A stretch of DNA of 64,000 nt from Antedon mediterranea (taxonomy: Eukaryota > Animalia > Echinodermata): contig NC_092673.1 of the NCBI RefSeq assembly GCF_964355755.1, positions 20,767,648 through 20,831,647 of the forward strand, given 5' to 3'. This document shows, one piece after another, positions 12,807 through 28,103 of this stretch. A model generated the notes under the pieces. That model was not told where the DNA came from. It made no database searches and saw only the letters and a program-made list of their open reading frames with translations. A program made the position numbers and the translations under genes. Each line of letters opens with the position of its first letter. Position 1 is the first letter of the stretch.

Positions 12807-15800
12807 TTAAGTTCTAACAGTTAATTAATTAACACATGACGTCTCCGTAGTTTTGGTCATTTACACCATGAGTAAATGGAACAATCCTTCAATAATTGGT
12901 GCAATCATGAGATGATGTGACCTTAATTATTTATCATAATCACCAGTGAAAACGATCCAATTGATCTAGCCAATTAAAGTCATGTTTACCAGCTTTCATC
13001 AAAGTGCCAAAATGTACCAAGGGATGAGTCAATTTTAACTTTATTTAGAAGAAACAATGCACCGAGTCCTTTCTGATGAAAAGACAGTGTCAGTGGAATT
13101 TAGAGTGGCGTCAGATTTGTGAAAGGAATACGAGACTATAGTAGAGTACTGGCACCTTACTGAATAGGCTCAGACACACACCAGGATTATTCACCGACTA
13201 GCAGATTACACACATTCGCTGATATGTAGCTTAGGATCAATATAATCGCTAGGCTATCAATTGATTAGGCAAACAGTAACTTCCCCAAAACCATTTAATC
13301 TATTTATTCTTCTTTATTAATTTCTCATCAATGATCTCACCCAATGTCAAATTAAAACAACTTTTGTTGATTATCACAGACACTGAAGGAGCGAATATCA
13401 TGTTTAATAATTTGATTTGATTGAAGTATTTTTGGGGGCTCCGTGAAAATATAATTGTAATTCTTTCGAAATGTTTTAATTCAATTGCTGTATAAATTAA
13501 CAATTAGTTAACTTGTGATAACAGCCAATCAGACTAGCGATGTACGTTATATCATAGTTGTTTTTGTTTTCACACCTTATTAACCTTTGACTTACGTGTA
13601 GAATATAGGAGGCAAGCGAGAGAAGCGAGCACACCCCTCTATTTATTTATTATAGGAATCACCTTTATATCGATGGCACACATTAAATGGTGCATTCATT
13701 TTACAAACAAATAGCATAGCAAGTCACAAAGTTAATACTAATACATAACATCAAAGCAAAAATGTAATTTATTTATTTCTAATTTATTAGAAATAAATAT
13801 AAAGACATAATACTTAAACTGTACACTATGTTTAACCACAAAAACAAAACCCAAAGTTAAAGTTAAGACTAAATTATAAAAAAAAAAAGAATAAAAGTAC
13901 AGGATCATTAAAAAGATAATAATAAAACATTACAGATTACAGATAGGCATACATCCTCATAATCAACGTATCTTGTTTTCTAATAACCAATTACGTGTTG
14001 AGAGAGGTAATGGTAATAATATTGTAGATCTAAGTAACCTATGCTTTCATTAAATATTTGTTACAATAAAAATAAAAAATGTCTCAATGTTTCATTTTCA
14101 GTGAATAAATTGTCTAGCAAAAAGTGGTGACTATACAAGTTGAATTGTTATTAAGTTTTAACAATTATTAATCATTTAGATGAAGAATCATTAGCCTTAG
14201 GCTTACATCTTTATTCTCGGGAAAACCGGGGTTTCTATAAAAAAAAATTGTAATAACCGTACATTATCATACATTTTTTTAATTTTGAGAATATCCTTTA
14301 AACGGTAAAAATAAGGGAAGAAAGGGGGAATTTGACGCTATTTGAGTAGAATTGGGAGCAAGTATCTCACGCCCTACCGGATGTGTTTGATAGATTTTGA
14401 AACGAATGACGGAAGAAACACCTCTCTCCGAGACACGCCTCACTTTGCTAAAACCACACTTGATACAAATTAAATACTGCGTGGTTGGAACAAAAGTTAT
14501 TAAGCTCTACTTAGGAATAATTCTTTTATTAGCCCCAAAAATAGAAAGAAATAAAATAGTTATTATTGTGGTGGTGATGATTATTATTATCAGGCCTACT
14601 GCAAAGAAAACTAGAAATTAGTCTCAGTAAACTATTGCGTCATCGGACCGCGTAAAATACACAGAATATCGCGAACTTTCCGCCTTTTATGCCTACACAA
14701 TTGCCACAGAGGACTAAATTATCAACCGGATTTTAAAAACTTTTTTGACTATAATTAAATGCGTATTTGTAAGATATGCCTTTGTTGCAAATGTCATCCA
14801 TATTAATTCACATCAACATCGATAAAATACTGTATTAGGCCTACAAGATACAAGAAACTTTATTTGTCTTATCAAAAAACAAGAAATATCGGTTGTCAGC
14901 AAATCCAAATAAAAAATACATATATATATATTGTTCTATTGTTATTAAGAATATGTAAATGAAAATTTTTAAACAACTTTTTAAGTGTTTTACGCATTTT
15001 ATTCTATTTTCGTATTTTAAGTTTTAACTTCCAAATTATAGCCGCTTTTTAAACATAAGTTTTTATGCAATAATGTGTGTGTTTCTGTAGCCTATTTTAT
15101 TTTTTATATATATAATATATTTATATACTGTATACATATCTGGTTTTTATCGTACTAATATTTGCCAATCTTTTAAGAAGAATTTCTATTGTTATTTTAT
15201 TATGATAATTAACAAATACAGTTTTTCAGTATCCAGTATTTCATCATTTGAACATTCAAATTGTAGGCTAAAATGTGTTGACGGGTTTTTTTTTTAGAAA
15301 GTTAAACTATAATAGTTGAAGTTCACAACAGATTAATTCTACAACACAAAAGTGGGTATCTCTTTGATGTATTTCGTCACAACTCCACATGTTATCATCA
15401 CCACCCACCAAATTTCCCCTTCCATCAATGTCAAAATTATAACTTCAACCTCCCACCCATTTTCATCTTCATCATCAAAAGTTACGTCAAAGACTAGGCA
15501 ATGAACCAGGCATAATAAAAGTTAACATCAGTACCGTATATCATAAAAACGGTCGCGTGATAACTTACGAAGACAATTGCTTATGAGATCACGCTAACCT
15601 TCTTTCTAAATATCCCCAATCGAAGACTTGTCATTCTTTTGTAACGTTTCATGTTTATTTTGTAGTTATTTTATTGCGATTTGTGACCGATTTGATCTAG
15701 TTATTACCTCTTAGGCTTTAAGCATACATCTATCAATGTGACAGGGTTGCGAAAGATATACTCCGTTCCAAATATGCTGCATTGTATTTATTTGATTTGG

Positions 15801-18190
15801 TATTTTGTCTTGTCTAGGATTCTTTTCTTTATGTATTATCGCGCAGAATATTTGACATTTGGCACAGTGCTACACGGTGTCGATATACTGAATGGCTAAT
15901 TGATTATCGGGTCTTGTCAAATGGCACCCTAATAGGCTTTGTAAATGGATGTAATGCAGTGGTATTTACAACATGGATATTAATGTTCAAATGTTCCTAT
16001 ATATAAAGAAGTTTTTAAAAAAGAACATCGAATCATTGTTTTGTAAAAGAGGCCACACTACAATTTATATTGATCTTGGAACAACATTATAAACGCTGTG
16101 CAGGGTAGACTTGCACCAAGTATTCATTCTTTTTATTTCGATTTTTTTAAGCTCAAGTAGTATACGTATGAAACGCCATATGTGCAAAAATATTTATTTT
16201 TTAAACTAATATTAAGGTAAAATTCCGTCTGGAACCCAGATTAGGCTATAGGTTACTGCCGTGTATTTTACGAGTTTAAAAGGCCTCTATAGGCCCGTAT
16301 CACTACATAATTACACGGGTAACTCCAAAAAAATTAAATATGGATGTCCGTCTCATTATTTTGGGTTAAACTTGTTGTATTTTAATGAAGTATAAAGATC
16401 TCCCTTTTCTTTAACCTCCAAGGACATGTGTCTAGTAAACGACACTGATGATTCCAAAGAAATTACAATAAAGACATAAATAGAGACGACTGTGTAGGCA
16501 TTTGTGCCAAAATGTTCGGTAGACGGATATAGACAAGCTTTTGTTTCTTGGACGCCTGTTGGACCCGTGGAAGAATAGACGGCTATTGATGTCTTTTGAA
16601 CGGGATCACTGGCCAGCACTTGGGGTAGAGACGTAATTATCAAACAAATACACATCTTTGTCGAAACAATGCGACATAATATATATAAAGACGGCACAAA
16701 TAAAGGAAATTAGTTGTTTTATTTGTAGCTATAAACACTTTTATTTTGGGTACTAAACGATTTTACTTTATCCAGAAATGTCTGGCGTTAGACAATATTA
16801 ATTAAATCATATTAAGTTAATGGTTAATGGTTCTATTGTTTCATGGTAGAAATGTCCTAACACCACAGACTCAATATATAACTCGGAAATCCTATAACGA
16901 CTACTGGACGGCAGCAGGTATTTGTAGGCTAAAACTGTCGATATAATTACTATCACAACTTAATTCACTAATTACAAAACGCACGGAGGTATTACATTAC
17001 TTCCTGTGTAAAACAATGCTAAACTGGGCCTTCTATACGAATCGGTAAGTATCAAGAAGAACAACATCAACATATAATATAAAACATGACTAAACGAATG
17101 AAATTAATTAAATTAAAGGTGCTTGATTCAATTGTTGAAAAACCCGGTTCCAATATCTACCATTGGAATTTGATTAACGTGATAAATAAAACGGTTACGG
17201 TCAACAATGTAATTAAAAGTACGCCGGGTTAATTGTGAGGACATAAACCTCGTAAATAGGAACCGTTCTACTTTTACTTGCGCGACCGTGGGTAACTTTT
17301 GAGGGAAATAATATGTCTGATCATTCAGAATGCGTGAATACTCAAAAAGAATGCTGCGACAGCGTTTTTAAACCGACGATAATTCAACGGCTAGGAAAAC
17401 ACTTTGCGCTGGCAACGTTTACTTACAGATGACAAATGAGTTTGTTCAGCCAACTGCGGAGCAGTATATCTTAGCTTTGGTTATAGCCACGACGGCCCGA
17501 CACGATTGATTAGCGGACATAAACCGCAACAAAATGCAATAAACACGATAACGAAACATAATACCATACTGCGACTGTCACGTAGGTAATAAATAAAATT
17601 GCTATTATTTTTAAATAAAATACTCACAGATTTTATAAAAATATTTATATATTTTATTGAAGTTCACTTTACAAAGCAAAATTAAAATACTAATGGAATA
17701 TTCGAATTAATTCTGAGATATTCTCTTCTAAAATAATTTATTCAAAAATATTATAACTGATAAAACTCTTTCTAGTCCTGCTACATGCGTTGTCAATTTT
17801 AGTCTTTTGCGCTTACACTTTCATGTTTAAACGCGAATCATTACAAGCAAGTGCAAATAGCGTAGGCTTGTTGACGCAAAGTTCTCCTGCGAGTAGTGTG
17901 AACCAACTCTTACCCAACTATGGGCTTTTCTTACGTTTCTTGTACGGTACTACATAAACACCATACTGCATATCCCATTGGTTTTGCATTCTGCTAAGTT
18001 CGTTAAACATGTCTTTAAAAAAACGCGTTATAATACTCTCGGAATACAGGTCATTCCATGTTCGTATATAATAGATGTATTGTTAACGTTTCGTTTTATT
18101 TTATTGATGTTCGATGACGCAGGAATCGTGTGTATTGTAAATGTTGGTAATTTTCACTGGGCGAATGCAAAGTAAACAGATTTAAACCAA

Positions 18191-18555
18191 TACAATCAAA
18201 CGTCATTCTTCATTTTTATCAAAATAGTGTTTCAAAAAAAGAATTGGCTACCTCTGCAAAAAGTCACTCGCGTCTGTTGTTGAGGGCGCTATATTAAATG
18301 TACTGGAAATCAAAATGTTCTCGTAAAATGTTTGTTAAATATCGAAAATAAATCAGCAATTAAGATCAGCTAGGCACACTTAATCGAATTACAATCAAAC
18401 GGTGTTCTTTATTTATCAAATTAATGTTTAAAAAAAGAATTGGCTTGTGTTGCAAAAAGTCACTCACGTCTGTTGTTGAGGGCGCTATATTAAATGTACT
18501 GGAAATCAAAATGTTCTCGCAAAACATTTGTTAAATATCGAAAATAAATCAGTAA
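18191..18555. repeat. Two-copy tandem duplication, ~200-bp unit
   Basis: acaatcaaac...gcaaaaagtcactc(g/a)cgtctgttgttgagggcgctatattaaatgtactggaaatcaaaatgttctcg...aaataaatcag repeated at ~18191 and ~18391. Confidence 0.85.
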
Positions 18556-18706
18556 AATCAGTATTAAACTTTAAAAAACGTTAAAATACGTAAGTTCACT
18601 TAGCACCAGATATCGATCCCTTAACCTGAGATAAAATACATGTGAGCTTTGAGCTCACAACTAAACATTTTTTCCCATAATACAAGCATCCTTTTACTAG
18701 TTTCAA

Positions 18707-18846
18707 AGCTCTGTCTACACTATTAAACTAATTTGACGAAATAAGTGCGATATGCCAAAAATATGGTAGTAATATGACATCATTGTGTCCATGTATGGGC
18801 ACATCACATTTTTGTCACATACAATTTGATAGTGTAAAACAGAGCT
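18707..18846. mobile_element. MITE family A (PIF/Harbinger-like) copy
   Basis: TIR agctctgtctacactat...atagtgta(g/a)acagagct, internal atatggtagt(g/a)atat. Confidence 0.8.
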
Positions 18847-18985
18847 TTAAATTCTAATTTAAGAAGCCTATACTGGCCTCTTTTTCAAATAAATTTACTT
18901 TTGTCATTTTATAGCATCTGGTTCAGTATACAATTCATATAACACTACATCATTCATAAAGTTCAATTGATTGTACATGCTAATC

Positions 18986-21900
18986 CTATTTGAAATCAAT
19001 TTCTCTTTTCCAACTACCACGTCCCATTTTGTCATCTTCTTTGCGTAAATTCTGATACCTGAACAATGGAGCTAAATTGTCATAATCCCTCTGATCCCGA
19101 TCTTTCCAGCTTTGTGTATATGAATGGCTGTTGTGATAGCGGTCATCTCCTTGATTATAATTTAGTGAATAGCGTTTGTTGCCGTCTCTAAAATGCCTAG
19201 CCGGTTTTTGATGATGTCCATACGAATGATAGTGAGCTGGATGACAGTAAGCTTGACGATATTGATAGTCAACTTGACGACCATTATCATGATAGTCATC
19301 TCGACGATGATGATCATCTCGACGACGATGGTCATCTCGATGATGATGGTCATCTCGATGATGAAGGTCATCTCGATGATCATCATTACGATGATCATCA
19401 TGACGATAGTCATCTCGACAGTGATAGTCATCTTGATGATGGTAATCAACTTGACGATCCTTATAATGATTTCTTGAAAAACTATCCTGACTTTGATCAT
19501 TCTGATAACCATCGTTTTGAGCGAGATAATAATTGTTTGAATGACCATTTTGTTCTCTAAAATGCATTAACTCATAGCTGGGATAAAAACGATCTTCGCA
19601 AGGGTTAGTTTTATCTTCAATCGGCGACAACATCCTACGTTTTTTTCTTACATTGGAAGGATTAAAATCTGATGACGCTTCACTTGTTTGTTTACTATTA
19701 ATTAAACACATTTTAAAAGTACATTTAAAATATTTAAAATAAGATTTTTACAAGGCCATAGTGAGAGGTTAAAAAAAGGCGAGGCAAATATGCTTTAAAT
19801 ATTTATTAATATAAAATATGACGATCTGTGCTGGATAATTTAGGTGGGTGGTGAAAATTTAAAAAAATTAAAAAATTTCGCCTTGTCTGCCTCATGCTGG
19901 CTACGGCCCTGTTTTATTAAATTAATCATGAGAAGCCAATGTCTTCCTGGTATCAAAATAATCACATTTCAAATTACAGTGTAAAAAAAAACTGTTTGAA
20001 GACTTACCAATTGAATTGTTGAAGGTCTTCGATATAAGCTTCCCTTTCAATCCCATGTCCCCTGGCCTTCTCAAATCCTGCAAAAAACAATGGGCAATAA
20101 ACTGTAAACCTACCTGGATTTTATATTATGCCTTAAAAATTGCCCAAGCACAACGGAAAAACAGGGTTGAGAGACATAAATAATGATCTAGTCTTGCTAA
20201 AAAAAACTACTACTGGGCTAAAATCTTTTTTAAATAGATAGAGGGCGCTATACAAAAATAAGTAAGATTTGATTGAATTTTGGTTCAGTTAGGCTTGGGC
20301 AATATGACACTTTATTTACAACTTAATAATCAAACAGGTTGGGGAGGGGTATATTAGTAAATCTAAGAGGGGTGTTATCCAGAAATTACAACACACACAA
20401 AAAAAACAACATTTAGAAGAAGAAGAATTTTAAGGCTATTGTAGACTGCTCAATACTGTTACCTTCAATAGCTTTTTTGGCACTACTTGAATGATTTTCC
20501 ATCATATACCTATAAATTGAAACAAATTAAATAATTAGAAATGGAATGTTTGAAAATAGATAGTTGCTACTTTTCAAAAGTATTTTCCATACTACCAGTA
20601 AACAATCTGAAATCTGAAAGGGTTTTAAAAAGTTCCTAAAAAACGGCACAGTATTTTAAAATTTATATAATTGTTAATACCACATACTAAAAACTGTTTT
20701 AATCATACTGTCATTAAATTGTATGCATTAGTGACACTGGGTCATAAAATACCCAACATTCATAATATCGTGTCATCTTCACCCATACGGGTCCAGATTC
20801 ACATGCCTGCATCAAATTCTGTGTATATTTTACCACCATTCAACCACCCATCATTTCAAGGATGTATAAAGGCAAATTTGATTGGACCAACAATTTATAG
20901 TTTTTATTTGAGAAGGCTTATGCTACCACAAGGCCACAAACACAAGCTAATGAGTATAACCGCTTGACTACTCACTAAAGAGTACAACACTTACCTGCAT
21001 ATGAGATAGCCTGTACGGTTGACTCCATGTGTACAATGAACACCTATTACATTATCTGTTGAAATAAAACATTTAAACACCTCATGACAATACACAGAAT
21101 AATAATATTTTCAATTCTGTATTTTCTGTCCACTTTTGATGCAGAATCTGTAGCACATATTAAATATGTTCAGATTACAACTTTTAATTATTATAAATGT
21201 TGGCGTTGAGGATCAAATGCATCAATTTACCGATGCGAGCTAACTGTTTAATTATACTTACCATTGTCTGTGTTACTCCCTTCAAAATTCTTGACGACAT
21301 TTGAAAACCTAAAGGTATTAATGTTTGATAAATTATCTATTTTTTATGTATCTTTCTTTCTCATTTCATGTTTGAAGGTTGGCCACCATGACTTCCTAAT
21401 TATGAAAGTGCTAATGGGTACAGTAGGCCACACAACTGTTGCAACAAGTGGCTGAATTTAATTAGAACCAGTGGCGAATCCATGAATTTGATTTAGGGGG
21501 CCTATGGTCAAAGAATTGGAGAGCTGAACAGGACCTAATATCCTATCATTTGCATGTATAATTTTGAATAGAGGGCCCATGCCGGGTGTGCTATATGCTA
21601 TACAGTACTGGTAGTGTTCTCCCGAAACAGGTTTCGCCAGTAAGATTATCATGTTTAAACTAAATCCAACCGGTAAAAAAATGGTGTAAGAAAAGTATAC
21701 ATAACATAAACACTTTATTAGTGGTAGGCTAAGCATAGCTATTAATTACATAGACCAAGAGCAATCAAAGGCTACAGTATATCTTTCCAATTGGATAATA
21801 TATATAGGAAAATTACAATATTATTTGACTTGTTTGTATTTAGTATATTAGATACTGTATCTTATATGGTATATAATAATTTGATATTTTGCTAAATTTG

Positions 21901-24900
21901 CAAGACTTGATTTATATATTGGGAGTACTGTATGTGTACACTGGACCTGTTTTTAATACAATAATATGTCGTATTTATTCGAATAAACACCATAAACTGT
22001 ATTGTATCACTGTTGTATTTTTTCATTTTTAGGGAGAATTTATTTGATTTTACAAGTTACCATATTACACCCAAAAAAATAAATTCTTCCACCCAAAAAA
22101 AAAGACCTCCCTCGAATTAAAACTTAAAACCCTCCTGTACAATTAAACACCCCAGGGCGTTTAGTCAAATAAATACAGTTGTATATAAAAATGTATCTCT
22201 ATGCTTGAGATAAACTAAAGGCACAATCGTTAAGGATTTCATTAATTAATTTACTTTACTCACTCTTCAATAACATCACTACTGGGAACTGCATGACCTT
22301 TGGTAAAAATCTTCTTATATTTTATTCCTTGATCTTCAAATACCTATAATGTAAAAAATGTTTGTTTATATTGATTTCCACACATAATTAATAAGATAAT
22401 TAAGTTACAATAAACATCATACAGTATATATGTGTGGCTGGTGGGAAAATAAGTTCACCTTCACTTTAAGGCTTACCCACCAGAAAAGATACATAATATT
22501 TATATATATTGTGACTTTGACGAATTTTATTTGAACTTTGTGATTGAAGTTAATTTTTTCCGACAATATGTTACTTACTTTTGAATTGTAATACCTAGTT
22601 GTATTAGTGAGGTCAATAATCAAACCAAGGGTCAACTTCTTGTCCTCTAAATTATATAAAAAATCATCTGGTGTAAATCTGAAATAAAATTAATCTCATT
22701 ATTAATCTATTCTTTCAACAGCATTTGTTAACCCTGTCCTACATAACAAATAGTACATTATATAAGTATGTACTTCCCTGAAACTTAGAAATACTGTGAT
22801 GTTGTCCGGCAGGTTTAGTTTTTTACAAACCCCTGAAACCAGTTCATGTAGTTTAAGTTCTATTTATTTGTTGTTAGCCAAAACCATTCAATTCATTTCA
22901 AGGTAAATGTTTTTTATATGTATTTACAAATGTCAATAATTTTACTTACTTACTTATACCTTATTAAATATTATAGCCTTGCATTAGTGATGATATTGCT
23001 ATTATTGAATTGATACTGTACTTTTACTAATATTAATAATTTTATTAATAATTTTATGACATGTTTTTCAGAACTGTTCTGCTTTTAAGGTAACTAATTT
23101 TTTAATTGAATTTATTAAAATACTAATTCTTGACATATACTGTAATCTATATAGAAGATACAAGCAGTTACCTCTCCTCCTCATTTAAATTGCATGAAAT
23201 TCCCTGAATAAAAAAAAATAGCATTAATGTATTAATTAGTGTACAAGTACTTTATAAAACATACTCTCAGAGCACCACATAGCTTTATTTAATTATTATT
23301 AGCCTGTGACCGCTGTTCATCAGCATCTCACAACATTTACACCAGCATCTCAAGATGAGATCCGCAACATTCTAATGAAATCACCAACAAAATCATGCAG
23401 GTTAGATCCAGTTCCTACTTCTAAACTGAAGAAGTGTATAGACGCAGTCGTTCCAATAATAACGGAAATCATTAACCATTCTCTTAATACCGGCATAGTG
23501 CCAGATGAACTGAAAATTGCTCACGTTCGTCCTTTAATAAAAAAGCAAAACTTGGATCATAACACGCTGAAAAATTACCGCCCGGTGTCGAATCTTTCTT
23601 TTCTTGGAAAGACTCTGGAGCGTGTAGTGACATCACGCATTACTCCATATCTTCAAAAGCATAATTTAAATGAGAATTACCAGTCGGCATATCGTGCATG
23701 TCATAGCACGGAGAGTTCCCTTTTAAAGGTACAGAATGATTTGTTACAAGGAATGAATGATGGGAAAATAACGCTATTGGTGTTGTTGGATTTGTCAGCA
23801 GCGTTTGATACAGTTGATCACCAAAGACTGATAACCCGTCTGAGAAATCGCATTGGCATAAATGGTGTTGCTCTTAACTGGTTCCAGTCATATCTTACAG
23901 GAAGACGTCAGCTAGTCTGTATCAATGATGCATTCTCAGATGAAGCTTGCCTGGAATATGGTGTACCACAGGGGTCAGTAATTGGGCCTGGCCAGTTTTC
24001 CATTTATACGCTTCCCCTTGGTGACATTATTCGCAAACACAGTCTACATTTCCATTTCTATGCAGATGATACACAGATTTATGTGTCAGTAAATCCAGTG
24101 CAAAGGGATGTTGCTGCAGAAATCAGTAAGATGGAAGCCTGTATAGAAGATGTTCGCAATTGGATGACAACAAATTACCTAAAGTTGAATGATGGAAAGA
24201 CAGAGTTTATTATCGTCGGGTCTAAATGTAACATCTCCAAAATCAACATCACACATATCAGAATCGGAAACTCTAACATCGCTCCCTCATCGGTGGTCCG
24301 GAATCTGGGAATCATGCTGGATAGTAATCTCACTATGGAAGCACAAATAACAACTGTATCCAAAGCAGCATGCATATCGATTAGGAACCTTGGTCGTATT
24401 CGCGGTAATCTTAACAAGAAAACAGCTGAATTGATTGTACACTCATTTGTCACTTCTAAAATTGACATTGGTAATGCCTTGTTGTTTGGCATACCAAAAT
24501 CTCAAATACAACGTTTGCAGCGCTTGCAAAATATGGCAGCTAGAATTGTAACTTATACAAAATCAAACGCTCACATAACTCCTGTCCTGATGGATTTGCA
24601 TTGGTTGCCTGTTCAACAACGTATTAAGTACAAACTTGCGTTGTTTGTATTCAAGATCCTAAATGACAGTGCTCCTGCTTATTTATCTGACCTTGTGGAT
24701 CGTTACGAATCATCCCGCAGAGGCCTACGATCATTGTCACAAAACCTTCTTCAAGAGCGTAGAGCGAAAAATCAGTGGGGTCAGAGATCTTTTTACGTTG
24801 CGGCCGCAAGTGTATGGAACAGCTTACCAGCAACAGTTAAATGCTCAACTAGTCTAAACAGTTTCAAGACCAACCTAAAGACGTCGCTATTCGCTGATGT

Positions 24901-26044
24901 TCTCGCACGTTGTTAATGCACAAAGCGCCATGAGCGCCACATGGGTGGAGGATACCGGCGCTATATAAGTTTTCATTTATTATTATTATTTATTATTATT
25001 ATTATTTAAAGTTATACTTCATAATTCATTACAGATAATATACTGCATGAAATGCGTGACTGACTACACTATTTTTGTGGGGGGAGTAGGGGAGTGAGTT
25101 TGGAAACAACAAAGTAATTCAGTCACAGACCATGATGGGGCCTGTGGCGAAGCAAATTCATTTTAGTTAACTGGCACCCCTAGATGGCTGGAAATGGTAC
25201 TCTCGCACATACAATTCATGATAAATGGCACCTCTCGTTCGCCGGAAATGACACTCCCTTAGCACGCTAAGAATCAGCAAAACAAACGTCAAAGGGAATT
25301 ACCTCTCTTAAAGGAACTTTTAAAGGCAAAAACCTTGTTCCCAAAATACAAGCATTCATTGGGGTGTACTTGAGCCACCTGCAAAAAAATGTTTAAAAAA
25401 TAACTATTAAAAATAAAATCATTCCTTGTTGGATGTGATGATGCTATGAGCAAATTTAACAATTTGAAATTGAGCAAAAAAATGCTTGGGCAATTTGAAT
25501 GAAATTCCGCTGGGCAATTGGTTAAACACAAAATAATATTATAATAACATGAAACGTAGTAGGCCTAGACACAAAAGGGAAAGCCCTGTATTCACTCATA
25601 CAGTAGCAGTGCAAGGAAATACTTGCTTGAAGTTGCGCAATTTCAAATTAGGCAAAAAAATGATAATATAATTATTAATTAAAATTTCAAAAAATTACAA
25701 TAAAAATAGACCTCTTGTTTGGAGTTATAATCCTGATAGCATTAAAGATATATAAATCTAGATATATTTTAATAGTATAATGAAATAATCGACATTTAGA
25801 TTACTTTAGGCCTGTTGATCACTTCCTCCAAACTGGACAGTCACATGCTCGCAACTAAGAGCTGACATATCGCCAGTCTGCTTGCTCCGCAGACTTTAAT
25901 TTACTATAGATGATAGGCCTAGCTAGGGCCTTAATTTTCAGCTCTGAGTGTACCATAAACAGTATACAATATCAGTCATCTAACTGTTTAAAATGATATA
26001 AGGTTAACTTACCTATCTGGAACTGAGTTTTTTCCTCTTGCCAT
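18986..26044 (-). CDS. DUSP11: RNA/RNP complex-1-interacting phosphatase (DUSP11/PIR1-like RNA 5'-triphosphatase), 10 exons
   Basis: Exons 26044-26013, 25378-25303, 23203-23172, 22678-22579, 22343-22264, 21308-21262, 21055-20995, 20509-20463, 20077-20008, 19694-18986, all GT-AG and phase-consistent. Translation MARGKNSVPDRWLKY...GTRFLPLKVPL...LGLIIDLTNTTRYY...IGVHCTHGVNRTGYLICRY...ARGHGIERE.YIEDL; intact HCTHGxNRTG active site. Confidence 0.93.
21968..22178. mobile_element. MITE family E (Tc1/mariner-pogo type) degenerate copy
   Basis: cgtatttattcgaataaac ... gggcgtttagtcaaataaatacag; same family as 36063-36532. Confidence 0.6.
23306..25005 (+). mobile_element. 5'-truncated L2/CR1-group LINE with uninterrupted RT ORF (23306-24916), in DUSP11 intron 2, antisense to host
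   Basis: NYRPVSNL, LLDLSAAFDTVDH, GVPQGSVIGP, YADD, LHWLP; 3'UTR aagcgc...ggcgctatataag then (tta)n tail. Confidence 0.95.
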
Positions 26045-28065
26045 TGTCTTAACGAAAAAAGATTACGATTTACAAAAACGTGTACAAAAAATCTTCACTA
26101 GCTACTCGTAATCGTACGTACAGTGCGCCCTCAATAAATAAGTATCTCTAACTAAACTTTCATTATTACAAGAAATATTTCTTACAAAAAACGCCGACAT
26201 TTTTTGTTGACGTAACACTCTTAATTATTGTCCTTTCTTCATTAAATGTTGTATTTGACAATTTAAGAAATAAGTTTTGTGTAGCGCAAATACACTTTAA
26301 ATGAACAAAGTCCTAAACTAAACTATCGTACCAGTAACCCACATACCCCAACATTCCAGTAATCTATGTTATATATATATTTATATCTGTATTTTATTGT
26401 TAACCGTTTTTGATTGTATTGTATTGTTTTATGTTTCAAACCTGTCAGTGGCGGTATTTATCGCTGTTGGTTTTGATTGAATAAAAAAAAAACACACAAA
26501 TGATAATTTCAAATGTACTTACTTACTTATTTATTTTTATTTATTTTATGTCTTTAGGCAATGTGGCCAATGATTACTGCATTTATACACACCATTCGCA
26601 AACAAATATTTACCATAGAGGAAGGAATGTCTTGGCAATGATATTAGTTGACATCCAAAACGAAAACATTGTTTACTTACAGAACTGTCTGCATATATCA
26701 CATAGACTCTCGCATGCCCAGTCTGAGTTTCCAAATACCTATTTTTCAGCTGTAGTCTAGAAGTTTCTGCGTGATACAGTTTCCCAATGCTTATGTCCTA
26801 GGCCTCTTGAATAACTGCCTAAAGGCGCGGCGCAAAAATCAGTAGGCCTATGTCCCACTTTCAAATAATCTAAACCATTGAGTAAAGACTAAAGTACCAT
26901 CTTTAATCAAGATCAGTTTTTATGTACCCTGTTTTTCTTCAGCTCTCCAAGTTTCAATTGTATCGTATTTCTTTTTACACATCTTTTTTTCACCCGCAGC
27001 ACCCAATCCTAGTATAGCTTATCGTTTACGAGTTGCAGTTAAGGGATCAAAGCACCAAAAGTACCATTTTTAAATTAAGCCTCTATTACGCGAAATTAGT
27101 ACTGACATTTATTACACATCAATTCATTATTTATTCTAATTTCAATGGACTAGGTCTATACACAAGGATACGTTGGTTGCTGATCGTATGAACTGTCTGG
27201 AGCATTTTCACCTCAAACCATGGATATTTATACCTTAAACACTTCTCTCTGGGAACAGCCTAGGGATAATATCGGGTGAGAATATACACTTGATAGGCCT
27301 ACTGAAATTTAATATGGTCGATTTCACAATCATTGTCACTGACTAAGTAAAACACCCTTTCAACTTAAAACAGGTATCCAGTAGTCGTGAACAGGTTCTT
27401 AGTCAACAACGCCACTATTGTGTTTCCTCAATAGAAACTATAAAGTAAATAATGGTTTTTCTCACGCTCTCGCTGTGAAGGTGAGTAAACACACCGGTGG
27501 TAAACAATACAACAGCTTAATATCTTAAGCAAACCCAAGAATGACAGGACTAAATAATTATACTAATGGTACTCTCTGATGATGGTCATCATCACCCCTT
27601 CCCATCTTTTTTGGTCGATGTAAGACATTTTTTCACAAAATAATTAAGATGGCAAATCAAACTGCATGTCATTTTGTAATATTTGCCAAAAACAAATTAA
27701 CACTTCAATTAAATATCAGTAGGCATAGGTAGGAAATAAAATAAATCAAAACAACACGTAAAGGCAGACCTATTATTAATCAATCAATCAAAATAACATT
27801 TAATTCCTTCATTCATAAACAAACAAATATAATTTATTGCAATATACAAACATGAAGGACCGGGCACAGATTTTAAAGACTACTGTTTTATCTCATATCT
27901 AAACATAGTTAAACTAGGGGCACAAGTTGGCGAAGCTCGCAAGACAATCGGTCGCAGCGTTTAAAACCCCTAAAAAATAAGGTCTAGCTTTAAAAAATAT
28001 AGAACCCGGTCAGTAGGGGCTAACTAGGTAATAAGTAATCTTTTAAATTGGAAACAAAAATGTGC

Positions 28066-28068
<3 letters not shown>

Positions 28069-28103
<35 letters not shown>

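Noticed and set aside
16356-16697. 113-aa ORF
   Set aside because: Non-ATG start, no recognisable domain or splice-consistent partners
19162-19548. Met/Ile-rich ORFs 19162-19548 (-) and 19193-19477 (+)
   Set aside because: Alternative-frame shadows of the DUSP11 HHRDD repeat
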